Source of the DNA: an uncultured Acidobacteriota bacterium
GTDB taxonomy: Bacteria; Acidobacteriota; Blastocatellia; RBC074
NCBI GenBank assembly: GCA_963796275.1
Contig: CAWCKY010000003.1
Location: 800,001 to 864,000, forward strand
Direction: 5' to 3'
Length of the DNA stretch: 64,000 bases
Shown here: piece after piece, positions 49,828-60,435 of the stretch
How the letters are laid out: each line of letters starts with the position of its first letter
Position numbering within the stretch: position 1 is the first letter of the stretch
Notes under the pieces: model-generated
The model's input: only the letters and a program-made list of their open reading frames with translations
What the model was told of the DNA's origin: nothing
Databases searched by the model: none
Position numbers and translations under genes: made by a program

Positions 49828-51273
49828 ATGCAAGCACAAGCTACGGACAAACCAATGATGGCAACTGACATTCCGCAGGGCATCACCATTCCCGACCGGA
49901 TCGAGACGCGACTCGGGACGCTCAGATTCGTCGACGGCTTCCCTGATGATGCGACCGTAGAGAAGGTCTACGACAACCTCGACTTTCAGCGGGGAGTGCA
50001 GGCATTCCTGACTGCAATGCCGGCAGCATCTCTCCACGCGATGCGCGAGGGCATTCGCGGATTCGGTCCTGACAACCAGACCGTCATCATTTTCGAGACG
50101 CTGGCGGATTCGAAATCGCTCTTCCTGACTGCGAACACAGAGAGCGTCTATGCATCAGCCTGGCTCGACCTGAAGCAAGGACCGGTCGTAGTTGAGATAC
50201 CGTCCAATATTCTTGGTTTAGTGGACGATTTTTGGTTCCACTTCGTCGCCGACCTGGGCAATGCTGGTCCCGATAAGGGCAAGGGCGGCAAATTCCTCTT
50301 CCTGCCGCCCGATTACAAAGGCCAGGCGCCCAAAGGTTATCACGCCTTCAAGTCTCAAACCTTCGGCAACTGGTTTCTCGCGCGCGGTTTTCTGGTGAAT
50401 GGCGATCCGAAGCCGGCGGTCGAGAGCTTCAAGCAGCTTCTGCGCATCTATCCGCTCGCACAGGCGGCTCACGCGCCCACGACCACATTCGTCAACGTAT
50501 CGGGCAAGGCATTCAACACGATTCACTCGATGGACTTCTCCTTCTTCGGGGAAGTCAACCAGGTCGTACAAGAAGAACCGAACGATGCGATGGATCCTGA
50601 AACGCTCGGGCTGCTCTCTACTATCGGTATCGAGAAGGGCAAGCCATTCGCACCGGATGCGCGAATGAAGAAAATCCTGACCGAAGCTGCGCATGTGGCC
50701 AATGCCACGGCACGTACTCTCATGTACCGCTCCCGCGACAAGGAGCGGAACTTATATCCCAACAGCGGATGGTTTCAGCCACCGCCAACCTATACATTCC
50801 AACGCGACGGCGTGCGTTTGCTCGATACCCGCTCGAGCTTCTTCTTTTACGCCACCGGAGTCACGCCGGCAATGTTGATGAAGATTGTCGGAGTGGGCTC
50901 GCAGTATGCCGTCACGTTCGTCGATTCGAAGGGGCAGCCATTTAATGGCGGCAAGACCTATAGGCTCCATCTCCCGCCCAATATCCCGGCGAAGAACTTC
51001 TGGTCTCTGGTGGTCTATGACAACCAGACCCGTTCCGAGCTCCAGACGGACCAGCAATTCCCGAGCATCAGCAGTCAGAAGCAAGGCGTGGTGATCAATC
51101 CTGACACATCCGTCGATGTGTACTTCGGCCCCAAGCCGCTGCCCGGCAAAGAGAGCAACTGGGTACAGACCTGGCCCGGAAAGGGCTGGAACGTCATCCT
51201 TCGGCTCTACGGCCCGCTGCAGCCGTACTTCGACAGAACCTGGCGGCCGGGAGAGATTGAGGAAATAAATTAA
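49828..51273 (+). CDS. DUF1254/DUF1214 domain protein
   Basis: LTANTESVY, GPDKGKGGKFL.LPP, GSQY, P.KNFWSL.VYD, LRLYGP. Confidence 0.9.
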   Translation: MQAQATDKPMMATDIPQGITIPDRIETRLGTLRFVDGFPDDATVEKVYDNLDFQRGVQAFLTAMPAASLHAMREGIRGFGPDNQTVIIFETLADSKSLFLTANTESVYASAWLDLKQGPVVVEIPSNILGLVDDFWFHFVADLGNAGPDKGKGGKFLFLPPDYKGQAPKGYHAFKSQTFGNWFLARGFLVNGDPKPAVESFKQLLRIYPLAQAAHAPTTTFVNVSGKAFNTIHSMDFSFFGEVNQVVQEEPNDAMDPETLGLLSTIGIEKGKPFAPDARMKKILTEAAHVANATARTLMYRSRDKERNLYPNSGWFQPPPTYTFQRDGVRLLDTRSSFFFYATGVTPAMLMKIVGVGSQYAVTFVDSKGQPFNGGKTYRLHLPPNIPAKNFWSLVVYDNQTRSELQTDQQFPSISSQKQGVVINPDTSVDVYFGPKPLPGKESNWVQTWPGKGWNVILRLYGPLQPYFDRTWRPGEIEEIN

Positions 51274-51336
51274 GCAGGAGCCCGTGATGATTCTCCGCCT
51301 TCGAAGCTGGTAGAGGATGTATTTCAAAGGAGAAAA

Positions 51337-53715
51337 ATGAACAACCCGAACGATAAACTACAACGAACAATACTACCGATCCCGGACATCGCGCCGTCCG
51401 GACTGACTACATTCGATGCTAAAAACCCGGAGACAAAATTTCAGCCCATCGTTCCGCTGCGGCCGCCATCGGAAGCGCCGAACGTGCTCATAGTTCTGAT
51501 TGACGATGTCGGTTTTGGCGCGTCGAGCGCGTTCGGCGGGCCGTGCCAGACACCAAACTTAGAGAAACTGGCGGGGAACGGGCTGAAGTACACGCGCTTC
51601 CACACGACCGCGCTCTGCTCGCCGACGCGCGCGGCTTTGTTGTCGGGGCGCAATCATCACACGGTTGGCATGGGTTCGATTACCGAGCTCGCGACCTCGG
51701 CGCCCGGCCAGAATTCGATGCGTCCGAACACGTGCGCGCCGCTGGCCGAGATATTGAAATTGAATGGTTATTCGACGGCACAGTTCGGCAAATGCCATGA
51801 AGTGCCGGTCTGGGAGACGAGCCCGGTGGGGCCATTCACTCGCTGGCCAACCGGCGGGGGAGGGTTTGAGTATTTCTACGGTTTTATCGGCGGCGAGACG
51901 AACCAGTACTTCCCTGCGATTTTCGAAGGGACCACGCCGATCGAACCGGAGAAGACGCCCGAGCAGGGCTATCATTTCACAGAAGACCTCGCGGATAAGG
52001 CTATCAACTGGGTGCGCCAGCAGAAGTCTCTCGTGCCCGACAAACCGTTTTTCATGTACTTCGCCCCTGGCGCGACACATGCGCCGCATCATGTGCCGAA
52101 GGAATGGTCGGACAAGTACAAAGGCAAATTCGATCAAGGTTGGGATCAACTGCGCGAGCAGACATTCAAGCGGCAGAAGGATCTCGGCGTCATACCTAAA
52201 GACTGTCAGCTCACCGCACGTCCTAAAGAGATTCCGGCGTGGGAGGCCATCTCCTCCGAGATGAAGCCCGTACTTGCGCGCCAAATGGAGATTTACGCCG
52301 GGTTCCTGGAGCATACGGATTATCACATCGGCCGGCTCATTAGTGCGCTGAAAGACCTCGAAATACTGCAGGACACGCTGATCTACATCATCATCGGCGA
52401 CAACGGTGCATCGGCTGAAGGCTCGCTCCAGGGAACTTTTAACGAAATGATAACGCTCGGGGGCTTCGCTCAGCTTGAAACAGCACAGTTTCTTGCAGAG
52501 CGCCTCGACAAGTTCGGGGGACCCGAAGCTTACAACCATTACGCGGTCGGTTGGGCGCACGCGATGGACACGCCATATCAGTGGACCAAGCAGATAGCAT
52601 CGCACTGGGGCGGCACGCGCAACGGGACGGTAGTTCATTGGCCGCGCGGTATTAAGGCCAAGAGCGAAATTCGCTCGCAGTTTCATCACGTGATCGATGT
52701 CGCGCCGACGATCCTCGAAGTCGCGGGGCTGCCAGAGCCTGTAATGGTCAACGGCGTCGGGCAGAAGCCGATGGAAGGCGTGAGCATGGCTTATTCGTTC
52801 AACGACGCTAAAGCTCCCGAACGGCATGAGACGCAGTATTTCGAGATGTTCGGCAATCGCGGCATCTATCACAAGGGTTGGACCGCCGTTACCAAGCACC
52901 GCATCCCGTGGGAGACCGGAACGATAAAACTGGTCGCCTTCGAAGACGATAACTGGGAGTTGTACGACACCACACAGGACTGGACACAGGCGAAAGACCT
53001 GGCAAAAGAGCAACCGGCGAAATTGAAAGAGCTCCAGCAGATGTGGTTAATCGAGGCGGTCAAATACAACGTGCTGCCGCTGGATGACCGAATGATCGAG
53101 CGCGCCGACTCCGAACGAGCTGGCCGCCCTGAATTGGTCAGGGGCAAACGCCAATTGCTTTTTGGCGGCATGGGGCGTCTCACCGAGAGCTCAATCGTCA
53201 ATACACACAATAAATCATATGCAATCACGGCCGAGATAGTCGTGCCGGACTCCGGCGCCGAAGGCGTCATCGTCGCCTTGGGCGGCATTACGGGCGGTTG
53301 GAGTCTCTACGCCAAAAGCGGCAAGCCGAAATACTGCTACAACTTTTTCGGATTACAGCAGTACTTCGTTGAAGGCAAAAGCAAGATCCCGGCCGGCAAA
53401 CATCAGGTGAGGATGGAATTCTCGTATGACGGCGGCGGCGTAGCCAAGGGCGGCGGCGTCACTCTCTATGTAGATGGAGAAGCCGTTGGCTCAGGACGCA
53501 TCGAGCAAACGGAGCCGGCGTTATTTTCCGCCGACGAGACGTGCGACGTCGGAAGAGAGACCGGTTCACCGGTGACCACCGATTACGGAACGCGGGGCAA
53601 CCGGTTCAGCGGTGAAGTGAACTGGGTGGAGATCGATCTCGACAAGGCAGCGGCGGACGCCGATCACATTATCAAGCCGGAAGATCGTCTGGCGCTCGCG
53701 CTGGCGATTCAGTGA
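51337..53715 (+). CDS. Arylsulfatase (Cys-type, CSPTR) with C-terminal extension
   Basis: PNVLIVLIDDVG, LCSPTRAALLSGR, GKCH, GDNG. Confidence 0.95.
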   Translation: MNNPNDKLQRTILPIPDIAPSGLTTFDAKNPETKFQPIVPLRPPSEAPNVLIVLIDDVGFGASSAFGGPCQTPNLEKLAGNGLKYTRFHTTALCSPTRAALLSGRNHHTVGMGSITELATSAPGQNSMRPNTCAPLAEILKLNGYSTAQFGKCHEVPVWETSPVGPFTRWPTGGGGFEYFYGFIGGETNQYFPAIFEGTTPIEPEKTPEQGYHFTEDLADKAINWVRQQKSLVPDKPFFMYFAPGATHAPHHVPKEWSDKYKGKFDQGWDQLREQTFKRQKDLGVIPKDCQLTARPKEIPAWEAISSEMKPVLARQMEIYAGFLEHTDYHIGRLISALKDLEILQDTLIYIIIGDNGASAEGSLQGTFNEMITLGGFAQLETAQFLAERLDKFGGPEAYNHYAVGWAHAMDTPYQWTKQIASHWGGTRNGTVVHWPRGIKAKSEIRSQFHHVIDVAPTILEVAGLPEPVMVNGVGQKPMEGVSMAYSFNDAKAPERHETQYFEMFGNRGIYHKGWTAVTKHRIPWETGTIKLVAFEDDNWELYDTTQDWTQAKDLAKEQPAKLKELQQMWLIEAVKYNVLPLDDRMIERADSERAGRPELVRGKRQLLFGGMGRLTESSIVNTHNKSYAITAEIVVPDSGAEGVIVALGGITGGWSLYAKSGKPKYCYNFFGLQQYFVEGKSKIPAGKHQVRMEFSYDGGGVAKGGGVTLYVDGEAVGSGRIEQTEPALFSADETCDVGRETGSPVTTDYGTRGNRFSGEVNWVEIDLDKAAADADHIIKPEDRLALALAIQ

Positions 53716-53866
53716 GTGAGATATCAGATAGAAAGGAATTAGTGCGGTTCGAAATCGCGATGGCTGTCATTGGCAAAGAAGAATGTTCATAAGCGAGTAG
53801 AAAGTAAATCATCGGTGCAGTTGCGTCGCTCGAACAGCATGGAATCAATAAGAAGCGGAGTCTTTT

Positions 53867-54586
53867 ATGAGCAACCTAACTAATACTTTAGGATTCAAGC
53901 GTCCTCCGATCGCTTGGCTCATCGCGTGGACGCTCTTCCTGCCACCGGGTTTACCGGGGCTTCTGTCGTCGCCACAAGCTGCTTCGCCACATCAGGCGGC
54001 GGCGCAGAGATCAACGGCCCCAACTGACGGAGGCTGGCCGCGCGCCTACAAATTGGCGAGCGGCGATACGACGCTCTCACGCGAGCAAGCACAGAAAGTC
54101 GTGTCCGAATTTGAGAAGGCAATGCCGACGGGCGATCGGCTGATCGCCCTCGACCGCGTACTAACCAGCCTCGACAAGAGCCAGATCAGACCAACGGCCG
54201 GAGATGCGGTGGGCATCAAAGCGGACCCGCCCAATATCTATCACAGCACCAAACCTGCTGTGCTTATGATTTTCGACGGTCAGCCGGTCTGGAGCCCGAT
54301 CAAAGATGTCGATCTCAAGTATGCCGTCAACACGAACTGGGATGTTTTCGAGGAACCCTCGTCCAAAACCTACTATCTGCGCGATGACAAATCTTGGCTT
54401 AAGGCGACAGACTTAAATGGACCCTGGGCTCGGACCAGCTCAACCGCGATTGGGGTGCTCGGAACGATGGCTCACAGCGTGTACGCGACAATCAGAATTA
54501 TCGCGCAGGCGGTGTGGTGGCCGCCAGATGGGCGGCAGCTATCGAGGTGGCGGAGGATTCCGGGGTGGTGGGGGCAGGCGACGCTA
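53867..54586 (+). pseudogene. Internally deleted remnant of a large exported protein with a Gly/Arg-rich tail
   Basis: Signal peptide and DGGWPR, then YAVNTNWD..GPW, then out-of-frame DQLNRD..RNDGSQR and GGSYRGGGGFRGG. Confidence 0.6.
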
Positions 54587-54615
54587 ACAAGTTCAAGTGA
54601 ATGGAGGAGGAAGTT

Positions 54616-55371
54616 ATGTCGGTAAAACAATTAACCAGTTGGAAACGCACTATCGCGAGCATCATGCCTGTTCTCGCTGGGCTGACCTTTATTGCTGCGA
54701 CGCATGCGCAGCAACAGGATGCGGCTAAAGAGAAGCTCGCGGCCATCAAGCAATCGTTGGCAAAGAATCAGGCAGCGCTCAAACAGTACACCTGGACAGA
54801 ATCGACCGAGATCAGCTTGAAGGGTGAAGTCAAAAAGCGGGAGCAGAATCAATGTCGTTATGGTCCGGATGGAAAAGTGGTGAAAACGCCGATTCAGACA
54901 GGCGACCAGGCCGCCCAGCAACAGCAGGATACGGGTGGGCGCCGTCGAGGTCGTCTGAAGGAAGATATCGTTGAGCACAAAGTGGATGAGCTCAAGGATT
55001 ACATGAAGCAGGTCTCTGCTCTCGTTAAGCAATACGTACCGCCCGATCCGCAGAAGCTTCAAAGTGCTGCGGATGCGGGAAACGTTTCCATCCAGCCATC
55101 GCCTGCGCAGGCAGTCTCCAACATTACGATAAAGGATTATCTCAAACCGGGCGATTCAGTAGTCCTGGGCTTCGATCCCAGTGCGAAAAAGCTCCGCAGT
55201 TATAGCGTTCAGTCTTTTCTGAATAACTCGAAAGACAATCCGGTGACGTTGAACGTTACCTTCGCCAGCTTGCCGGATGGAACCAACTACCCCCAACAGA
55301 CGGTGCTCGATGCACCCGGAAAGAAGATTCAAGTGAAGACTACCAATTCCGGATATGCGAAAACCGGATAA
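54616..55371 (+). CDS. Secreted hypothetical protein
   Basis: GGAGGAGG RBS; signal peptide ending THA; NQAALKQYTW, YGPDG, LPDGTNYP. Confidence 0.8.
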   Translation: MSVKQLTSWKRTIASIMPVLAGLTFIAATHAQQQDAAKEKLAAIKQSLAKNQAALKQYTWTESTEISLKGEVKKREQNQCRYGPDGKVVKTPIQTGDQAAQQQQDTGGRRRGRLKEDIVEHKVDELKDYMKQVSALVKQYVPPDPQKLQSAADAGNVSIQPSPAQAVSNITIKDYLKPGDSVVLGFDPSAKKLRSYSVQSFLNNSKDNPVTLNVTFASLPDGTNYPQQTVLDAPGKKIQVKTTNSGYAKTG

Positions 55372-55602
55372 TGATCCATGGGTTGATGAACTACCAAACG
55401 CGCCGCATCGAGCGTGCGCTATCAAAGGAATGGGAGATCATTGATCCAAGGCTAGAGGAGTTCTACGGCATCGAAATCGATGCCTGGAAACCCGGCTCGA
55501 TAGCTGAGCTGGGGTGTAATGCAGCGGTATGCGGCCACTGATCGGTGACCGTGCCGAACTGCTAATTGTCACTTACTTATAACAGAAAGGAATAGGGAGA
55601 GT

Positions 55603-55905
55603 ATGAAACCTGAAGTAGCCAAAATCGTTGAGTCGGAGTTGAAGCAATTCGCCTCCGAGTTAAATTTATCAGACACCCAGAAAACTCAGTTGAAGACGGC
55701 TTTGGAGAACGCCCGCCAGAAGATGGATGAGATTCGCGAGAAGCATCCTGATGTCTCAAAGGCAGATGTGATTGCGAAACTAGGCGACGTTCGCAGCTCC
55801 ATTCGCGAGCGAGTGGTCAAGTTCCTTACGCCGGAACAACTGGTGAAGTGGGACGCAAAAGTGGCCAAGGCAAAGACCTTCCTGGGTCATACCGTAAAAT
55901 CATAG
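55603..55905 (+). CDS. Small helical LTXXQ-motif protein
   Basis: LNLSDTQ and LTPEQ motifs; GGGAG RBS. Confidence 0.75.
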   Translation: MKPEVAKIVESELKQFASELNLSDTQKTQLKTALENARQKMDEIREKHPDVSKADVIAKLGDVRSSIRERVVKFLTPEQLVKWDAKVAKAKTFLGHTVKS

Positions 55906-55916
55906 GCCATTTAATG

Positions 55917-55957
55917 ATGACCGGGTTGCTGCACGATAGAAGCGGCTGCCCGGTCAT
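55917..55957 (+). terminator. Hairpin downstream of the 55603 gene
   Basis: ATGACCGGG...CCCGGTCAT. Confidence 0.5.
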
Positions 55958-56114
55958 TGTATATCGACTGCACGACAGCGAAATGAAGGCCAATCGACGT
56001 GATCGCTTCTATGAGTTATCAGCATCGGAGAGGCTGTGACGAATAACGCAACTGCATACGGCGATAGAACTGATGGATTAACGGCTTAATAGCCGTTAGC
56101 ACCCGAGAACAGCA

Positions 56115-56202
56115 CCTGGGAGGGCGCGCGGCCTCGCGTGCCCGGTGTAGATCAAGGATTCTTGCAGCAATAGCAAGGGGCGAGGCCGCCCGCGCTCCCA
56201 GG
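56115..56202. repeat. REP-like inverted repeat
   Basis: CCTGGGAGGGCGCGCGGCCTCGC ... GCGAGGCCGCCCGCGCTCCCAGG. Confidence 0.7.
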
Positions 56203-56219
56203 GATTTTCAGAGGGCCTA

Positions 56220-57245
56220 ATGAAACACAGGTATCACGATATTCATCGTGTGGCACTCATTGCATTGCTCGCGACTGCACTCGGACTCAGCGCCGGACGG
56301 CCAGTAATATCGCAGCCGGCGGCGGATCCGCTTCCGAGTTGGAACGATGGGCAGGCGAAGAAGTCGATCATTCAATTCGTTGAGCGGGTCACGAAGGAAG
56401 GCGGCCCTGAGTTTGTGCCGCCCGCTGAGCGCATCGCAACATTCGATAACGATGGAACGCTTTGGGCGGAGCAGCATATCTACTTTCAATTCGCGTTCGC
56501 GCTCGACCGTGTGAAGGCGCTCGCTCCGCAGCATCCGGAGTGGAAGACTCAGCAGCCATTCAAATCGGTGCTCGACGGAGATATGCAGACGCTTGCTGCC
56601 TCAGGTGAGAAGGGGCTCGTCGAACTGTTGATTGCGACACACACCGGTATGACGACAGATGAGTTTGCAACGGCGGTGGCAGATTGGCTGGAGACGGCGA
56701 AACATCCGAGATTCAAGCGTCCGTACACCGAGCTTGTTTATCAGCCGATGCACGAACTGCTGGTTTATCTGCGCGAGAACGGGTTCAAAACCTTCATCGT
56801 CTCGGGCGGCACGGTCGAGTTCATGCGTGCATTTACTGAACGCATATATGGGATACCGCCGGAGCAGGTAATCGGCACGACCTTCGTCACGCAATTCCAG
56901 ATGAGAGAGAACGGTAAGCCCGCGCTCGTGCGCCAGCCGAAGATCGAGTTCATCGATGATGGTCCGGGTAAGCCGGTGGGAATCAACAAGTTCATCGGCC
57001 GGCGCCCGATTATCGCATTCGGCAACTCGGATGGTGACCAACAGATGTTGGAGTGGACGGCGGCGGGCAACGGCGCGCGGCTGATGGGCCTCGTTCATCA
57101 CACCGATGCCGAGCGCGAATGGGCGTATGACCGCAATTCGCGCATCGGCCGGTTGGATAAGGCGCTTGATAAGGCCGCGGCCCAGGGGTGGGTCGTGGTG
57201 GATATGAAGCAGAGCTGGAATGTAATTTTTTCGTTTCAGAAATAA
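56220..57245 (+). CDS. Secreted HAD-family phosphatase
   Basis: FDNDGTLW, IVSGG, GKP, FGNSDGD; signal peptide. Confidence 0.92.
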   Translation: MKHRYHDIHRVALIALLATALGLSAGRPVISQPAADPLPSWNDGQAKKSIIQFVERVTKEGGPEFVPPAERIATFDNDGTLWAEQHIYFQFAFALDRVKALAPQHPEWKTQQPFKSVLDGDMQTLAASGEKGLVELLIATHTGMTTDEFATAVADWLETAKHPRFKRPYTELVYQPMHELLVYLRENGFKTFIVSGGTVEFMRAFTERIYGIPPEQVIGTTFVTQFQMRENGKPALVRQPKIEFIDDGPGKPVGINKFIGRRPIIAFGNSDGDQQMLEWTAAGNGARLMGLVHHTDAEREWAYDRNSRIGRLDKALDKAAAQGWVVVDMKQSWNVIFSFQK

Positions 57246-57383
57246 TGGCGCGAGGAAGACCGCAGAGATATGGGGAAAGATTCGTTATTTCTGTTCATCC
57301 CACGTCCTCGGTTCATACGCGATTGACGCATACAAATTCCTCCATATTTCGATAATGCAACTAACTTCAAGATGGAGGTATAC

Positions 57384-58940
57384 ATGGCGAAACAGAACGC
57401 ATCTACTCAAACTAAACCTAACATCCTCGTCATCTGGGGCGACGACATCGGCATCTGGAACCTGTCGTGTTATAGCAACGGAATGATGGGCTATCGAACA
57501 CCGAATATCGACCGGCTCGCGAAGGAAGGCATGATGTTCACCGACTCATACGGAGAGCAGAGCTGCACGGCTGGGCGCTCTTCCTTCATCACCGGACAGA
57601 GTGTCTTTCGCACGGGCCTTTCGAAAGTTGGTATCCCTGCCTCGCCCATAGGTCTTCAGCCTGAGGATCCTACTATCGCCGAGTTGCTGAAGCCACTCGG
57701 CTATGCTACGGGGCAATTCGGCAAGAACCATCTGGGCGACCTCAACAAGTATCTGCCGAGCGTGCACGGTTTCGACGAATTCTTCGGCAACCTCTATCAC
57801 CTCAATGCCGAAGAGGAGCCCGAGATGTATGACTATCCGCCTGAGAAAGACTTTCCAAATTTCAGGAAGAAGTTCGGACCGCGCGGCGTCATTCATTCCT
57901 GGGCGACGGACAAAGACGACCCGACGGATGAGCCGCGCTGGGGTAAGGTGGGGAAACAGAAGATACAGGATACTGGGCCGCTCACCAAGAAACGGATGGA
58001 GACCTGCGACGACGAATTCGTGGCTGCAGCCAAGGACTTCATCAAACGTCAAAACGCGGCCGGGACGCCATTCTTTTGTTGGGTCAACACCACGCATATG
58101 CACCTGTTCACCCATACCAAGCCGAGCAGCCTCGGGCAAGCGGGCAGATGGCAGTCGCCTTATCACGACACGATGATTGACCACGACAAAAACGTGGGCG
58201 AGTTGCTTGACCTGATCGACGAGCTGGGCATCTCAGACAACACCTTCGTGATGTACAGCACCGACAATGGGCCGCACATGAACACCTGGCCCGATGGAGC
58301 CATGACGCCGTTTCGCAGCGAGAAGGATACCAACTGGGAAGGCGCTTTCCGCGTCCCAATGCTGGTGCGCTGGCCCGGCAAGATACCGGCGGGCGTCGTA
58401 TCAAACGAGCTCATTCAACACCACGATTGGCTGCCCACCTTCCTTGCGATGGCGGGCGAGACGGACATCGTGGAGAAATGCAAGAAAGGCCATCAGGCGG
58501 CGGGCAAGAAGTTCAAGGTGCATCTGGATGGCTACAATCTGTTGCCTTATCTGACCGGAATAGAGAAGGCGAGCCCCCGCAAGGGATTCATCTATTTCGA
58601 CGACGACGGCAATCTGGTCGCCCTGCGTTTTGAACACTGGAAGTGCGTCTTTATGGAGCAGAGGGTACAGGGGACCATGCGGATATGGGCCGAACCGTTC
58701 ACGTCGTTGCGAGTGCCCAAGCTTTACAACCTGCGTACCGATCCATTCGAGCGGTCGGACATCACGTCGAATACCTATTACGACTGGTTCCTGCACCACG
58801 CATACATCATCTACGCGGCGCAGACGATCGCGGCCGAGTTCGCGGAGACATTCAAGACCTTTCCCCCGCGTCAGAAAGCGGCCAGCTTCACCATCGATCA
58901 GGCGCTGGAGAAGATGGATGCCGCGGGTTCCGGGCGCTGA
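57384..58940 (+). CDS. Arylsulfatase (Cys-type, CTAGR variant)
   Basis: KPNILVIWGDDIG, QSCTAGRSSFITG, GKNHLG, TDNG, WEGAFRVP. Confidence 0.95.
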   Translation: MAKQNASTQTKPNILVIWGDDIGIWNLSCYSNGMMGYRTPNIDRLAKEGMMFTDSYGEQSCTAGRSSFITGQSVFRTGLSKVGIPASPIGLQPEDPTIAELLKPLGYATGQFGKNHLGDLNKYLPSVHGFDEFFGNLYHLNAEEEPEMYDYPPEKDFPNFRKKFGPRGVIHSWATDKDDPTDEPRWGKVGKQKIQDTGPLTKKRMETCDDEFVAAAKDFIKRQNAAGTPFFCWVNTTHMHLFTHTKPSSLGQAGRWQSPYHDTMIDHDKNVGELLDLIDELGISDNTFVMYSTDNGPHMNTWPDGAMTPFRSEKDTNWEGAFRVPMLVRWPGKIPAGVVSNELIQHHDWLPTFLAMAGETDIVEKCKKGHQAAGKKFKVHLDGYNLLPYLTGIEKASPRKGFIYFDDDGNLVALRFEHWKCVFMEQRVQGTMRIWAEPFTSLRVPKLYNLRTDPFERSDITSNTYYDWFLHHAYIIYAAQTIAAEFAETFKTFPPRQKAASFTIDQALEKMDAAGSGR

Positions 58941-59124
58941 ATGCCGGCAGGTGCTGGCAGTGAGACAAAGCGATGATTCAACCGGCTGAAGGGTATGAAA
59001 GGAACATCATTTCATTAGGCGGGATGAATTATACGCAACCTGATGATAGCTGCGGGTCACGCGATCCGTATTCGATCAAAGACAAACAAGATGAATCATG
59101 AAATTAAATGCAGAAGGAGGAAAA

Positions 59125-59775
59125 ATGATTCGCAAATTCGTCACAATAATCAGCTTTATTATCCTGGCAGGGTCGATCTCGGTGCGAGCCCAGGATGAAA
59201 AGAAATGGTCCGTTCAAGGTGGCGCTGGTTTCGGGGTTCCGGTAGCCAGCACATCCGATTTCGTCTCGACCAACGCGAATATCCAAGTCGGCGCCGGTTA
59301 TGACTTCACCAAAATAATCGGCGTCACCGGTGAGTTCATGTGGCAGGGGCTGTCGGTCAAGGATGGCAATCTTTCTCAGTTCACCGCTCTCGGTGCCAAA
59401 AGCAATCTTTACTCGGTAACGGGGAACTTAAGGTTGACATTGCCGACCGGAGGGAAATTCGGTGCCTATGTGATCGGCGGAACCGGCTGGTATCGCCGAT
59501 CGGATTCTTTGGACAGGGACGTGCTCGTTCCCGGCACTATATGTGAACCGGCCTGGGACTGGTGGGGGACGGTTTGTGTTGGCGGTTTAGTGCCTGCAGA
59601 ACAGGTCATCGCTTCGCAAAGCTCCGACGTTTTGGGCGCTAATGGCGGAGCCGGCGTTACCTACAAAGTGGCGGAGAACGGAATGAAGGTGTACGCGGAG
59701 GCGCGCTTCCAATATGCGCCAACCGAGCGGGTATTCACGCGTGTGGTGACTTCGACGTTCGGCGTGCGCTGGTGA
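59125..59775 (+). CDS. Small outer-membrane beta-barrel protein
   Basis: AGGAGG RBS; signal peptide ending VRA; C-terminal TFGVRW. Confidence 0.85.
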   Translation: MIRKFVTIISFIILAGSISVRAQDEKKWSVQGGAGFGVPVASTSDFVSTNANIQVGAGYDFTKIIGVTGEFMWQGLSVKDGNLSQFTALGAKSNLYSVTGNLRLTLPTGGKFGAYVIGGTGWYRRSDSLDRDVLVPGTICEPAWDWWGTVCVGGLVPAEQVIASQSSDVLGANGGAGVTYKVAENGMKVYAEARFQYAPTERVFTRVVTSTFGVRW

Positions 59776-60435
59776 TCGGCTCACCGCCGATCGAGTCGAG
59801 TATGTGCCTGGAGTCCTGAGTATTTTAACGTCGGAATTGATTAAAATTTTGCCCCATATGGCCCAGAGCACTGAATAATGGACTCTTAACCTCGAAGAGG
59901 AGGGCAAGAAGGTAGCCAGGGGGGAGCGCAGAGTAACCCCCTGGATGGAGATGCGAATTGAGTTGCGTCCTGAAAGGATGCGTGATCAGCTTTGAGACAA
60001 CGATCGATCGATTATCGCGCATCCTTCAGGATGCTCATACTCAATTTGGAATGGATCCAGGGGCACGCTGCTTCTTCCCCTGGCTATCTTCTCCGGCCTC
60101 CATCGGACGACTGCGATGTCCGGAGACCCGCAGTGCCTAAAGGGCGCACGCTACCGGTGGTTCCGCTATGTTCCACCAAAGTTCCACCACCCGCTAACCT
60201 CCACCGCCTTTTCAGGGCGAAGGGCAATGATCGCAAATCGCGAGAGTTTGGGTGCTGAAAAGGTTTAACGAACGGAAAGCTAAGCGACGCGGTGCAATCA
60301 GGGGTATCTATCGTTGGTTGAAACTGTAAAAAGATCTGTGGGTAACGACAATATCTAAAATGTCAGAAGGAATATCGAGACAATGGGCTCGAGACTCAAT
60401 CTGATTCGGCCCAAATAGGGCCGCTAAGGTGCATT

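Noticed and set aside
51559-53013. 484-aa minus-strand ORF
   Set aside because: Antisense shadow of the arylsulfatase
55467-55482. Sigma-54-like site CGGCATCGAAATCGA
   Set aside because: The -12 element is GA rather than GC; too weak
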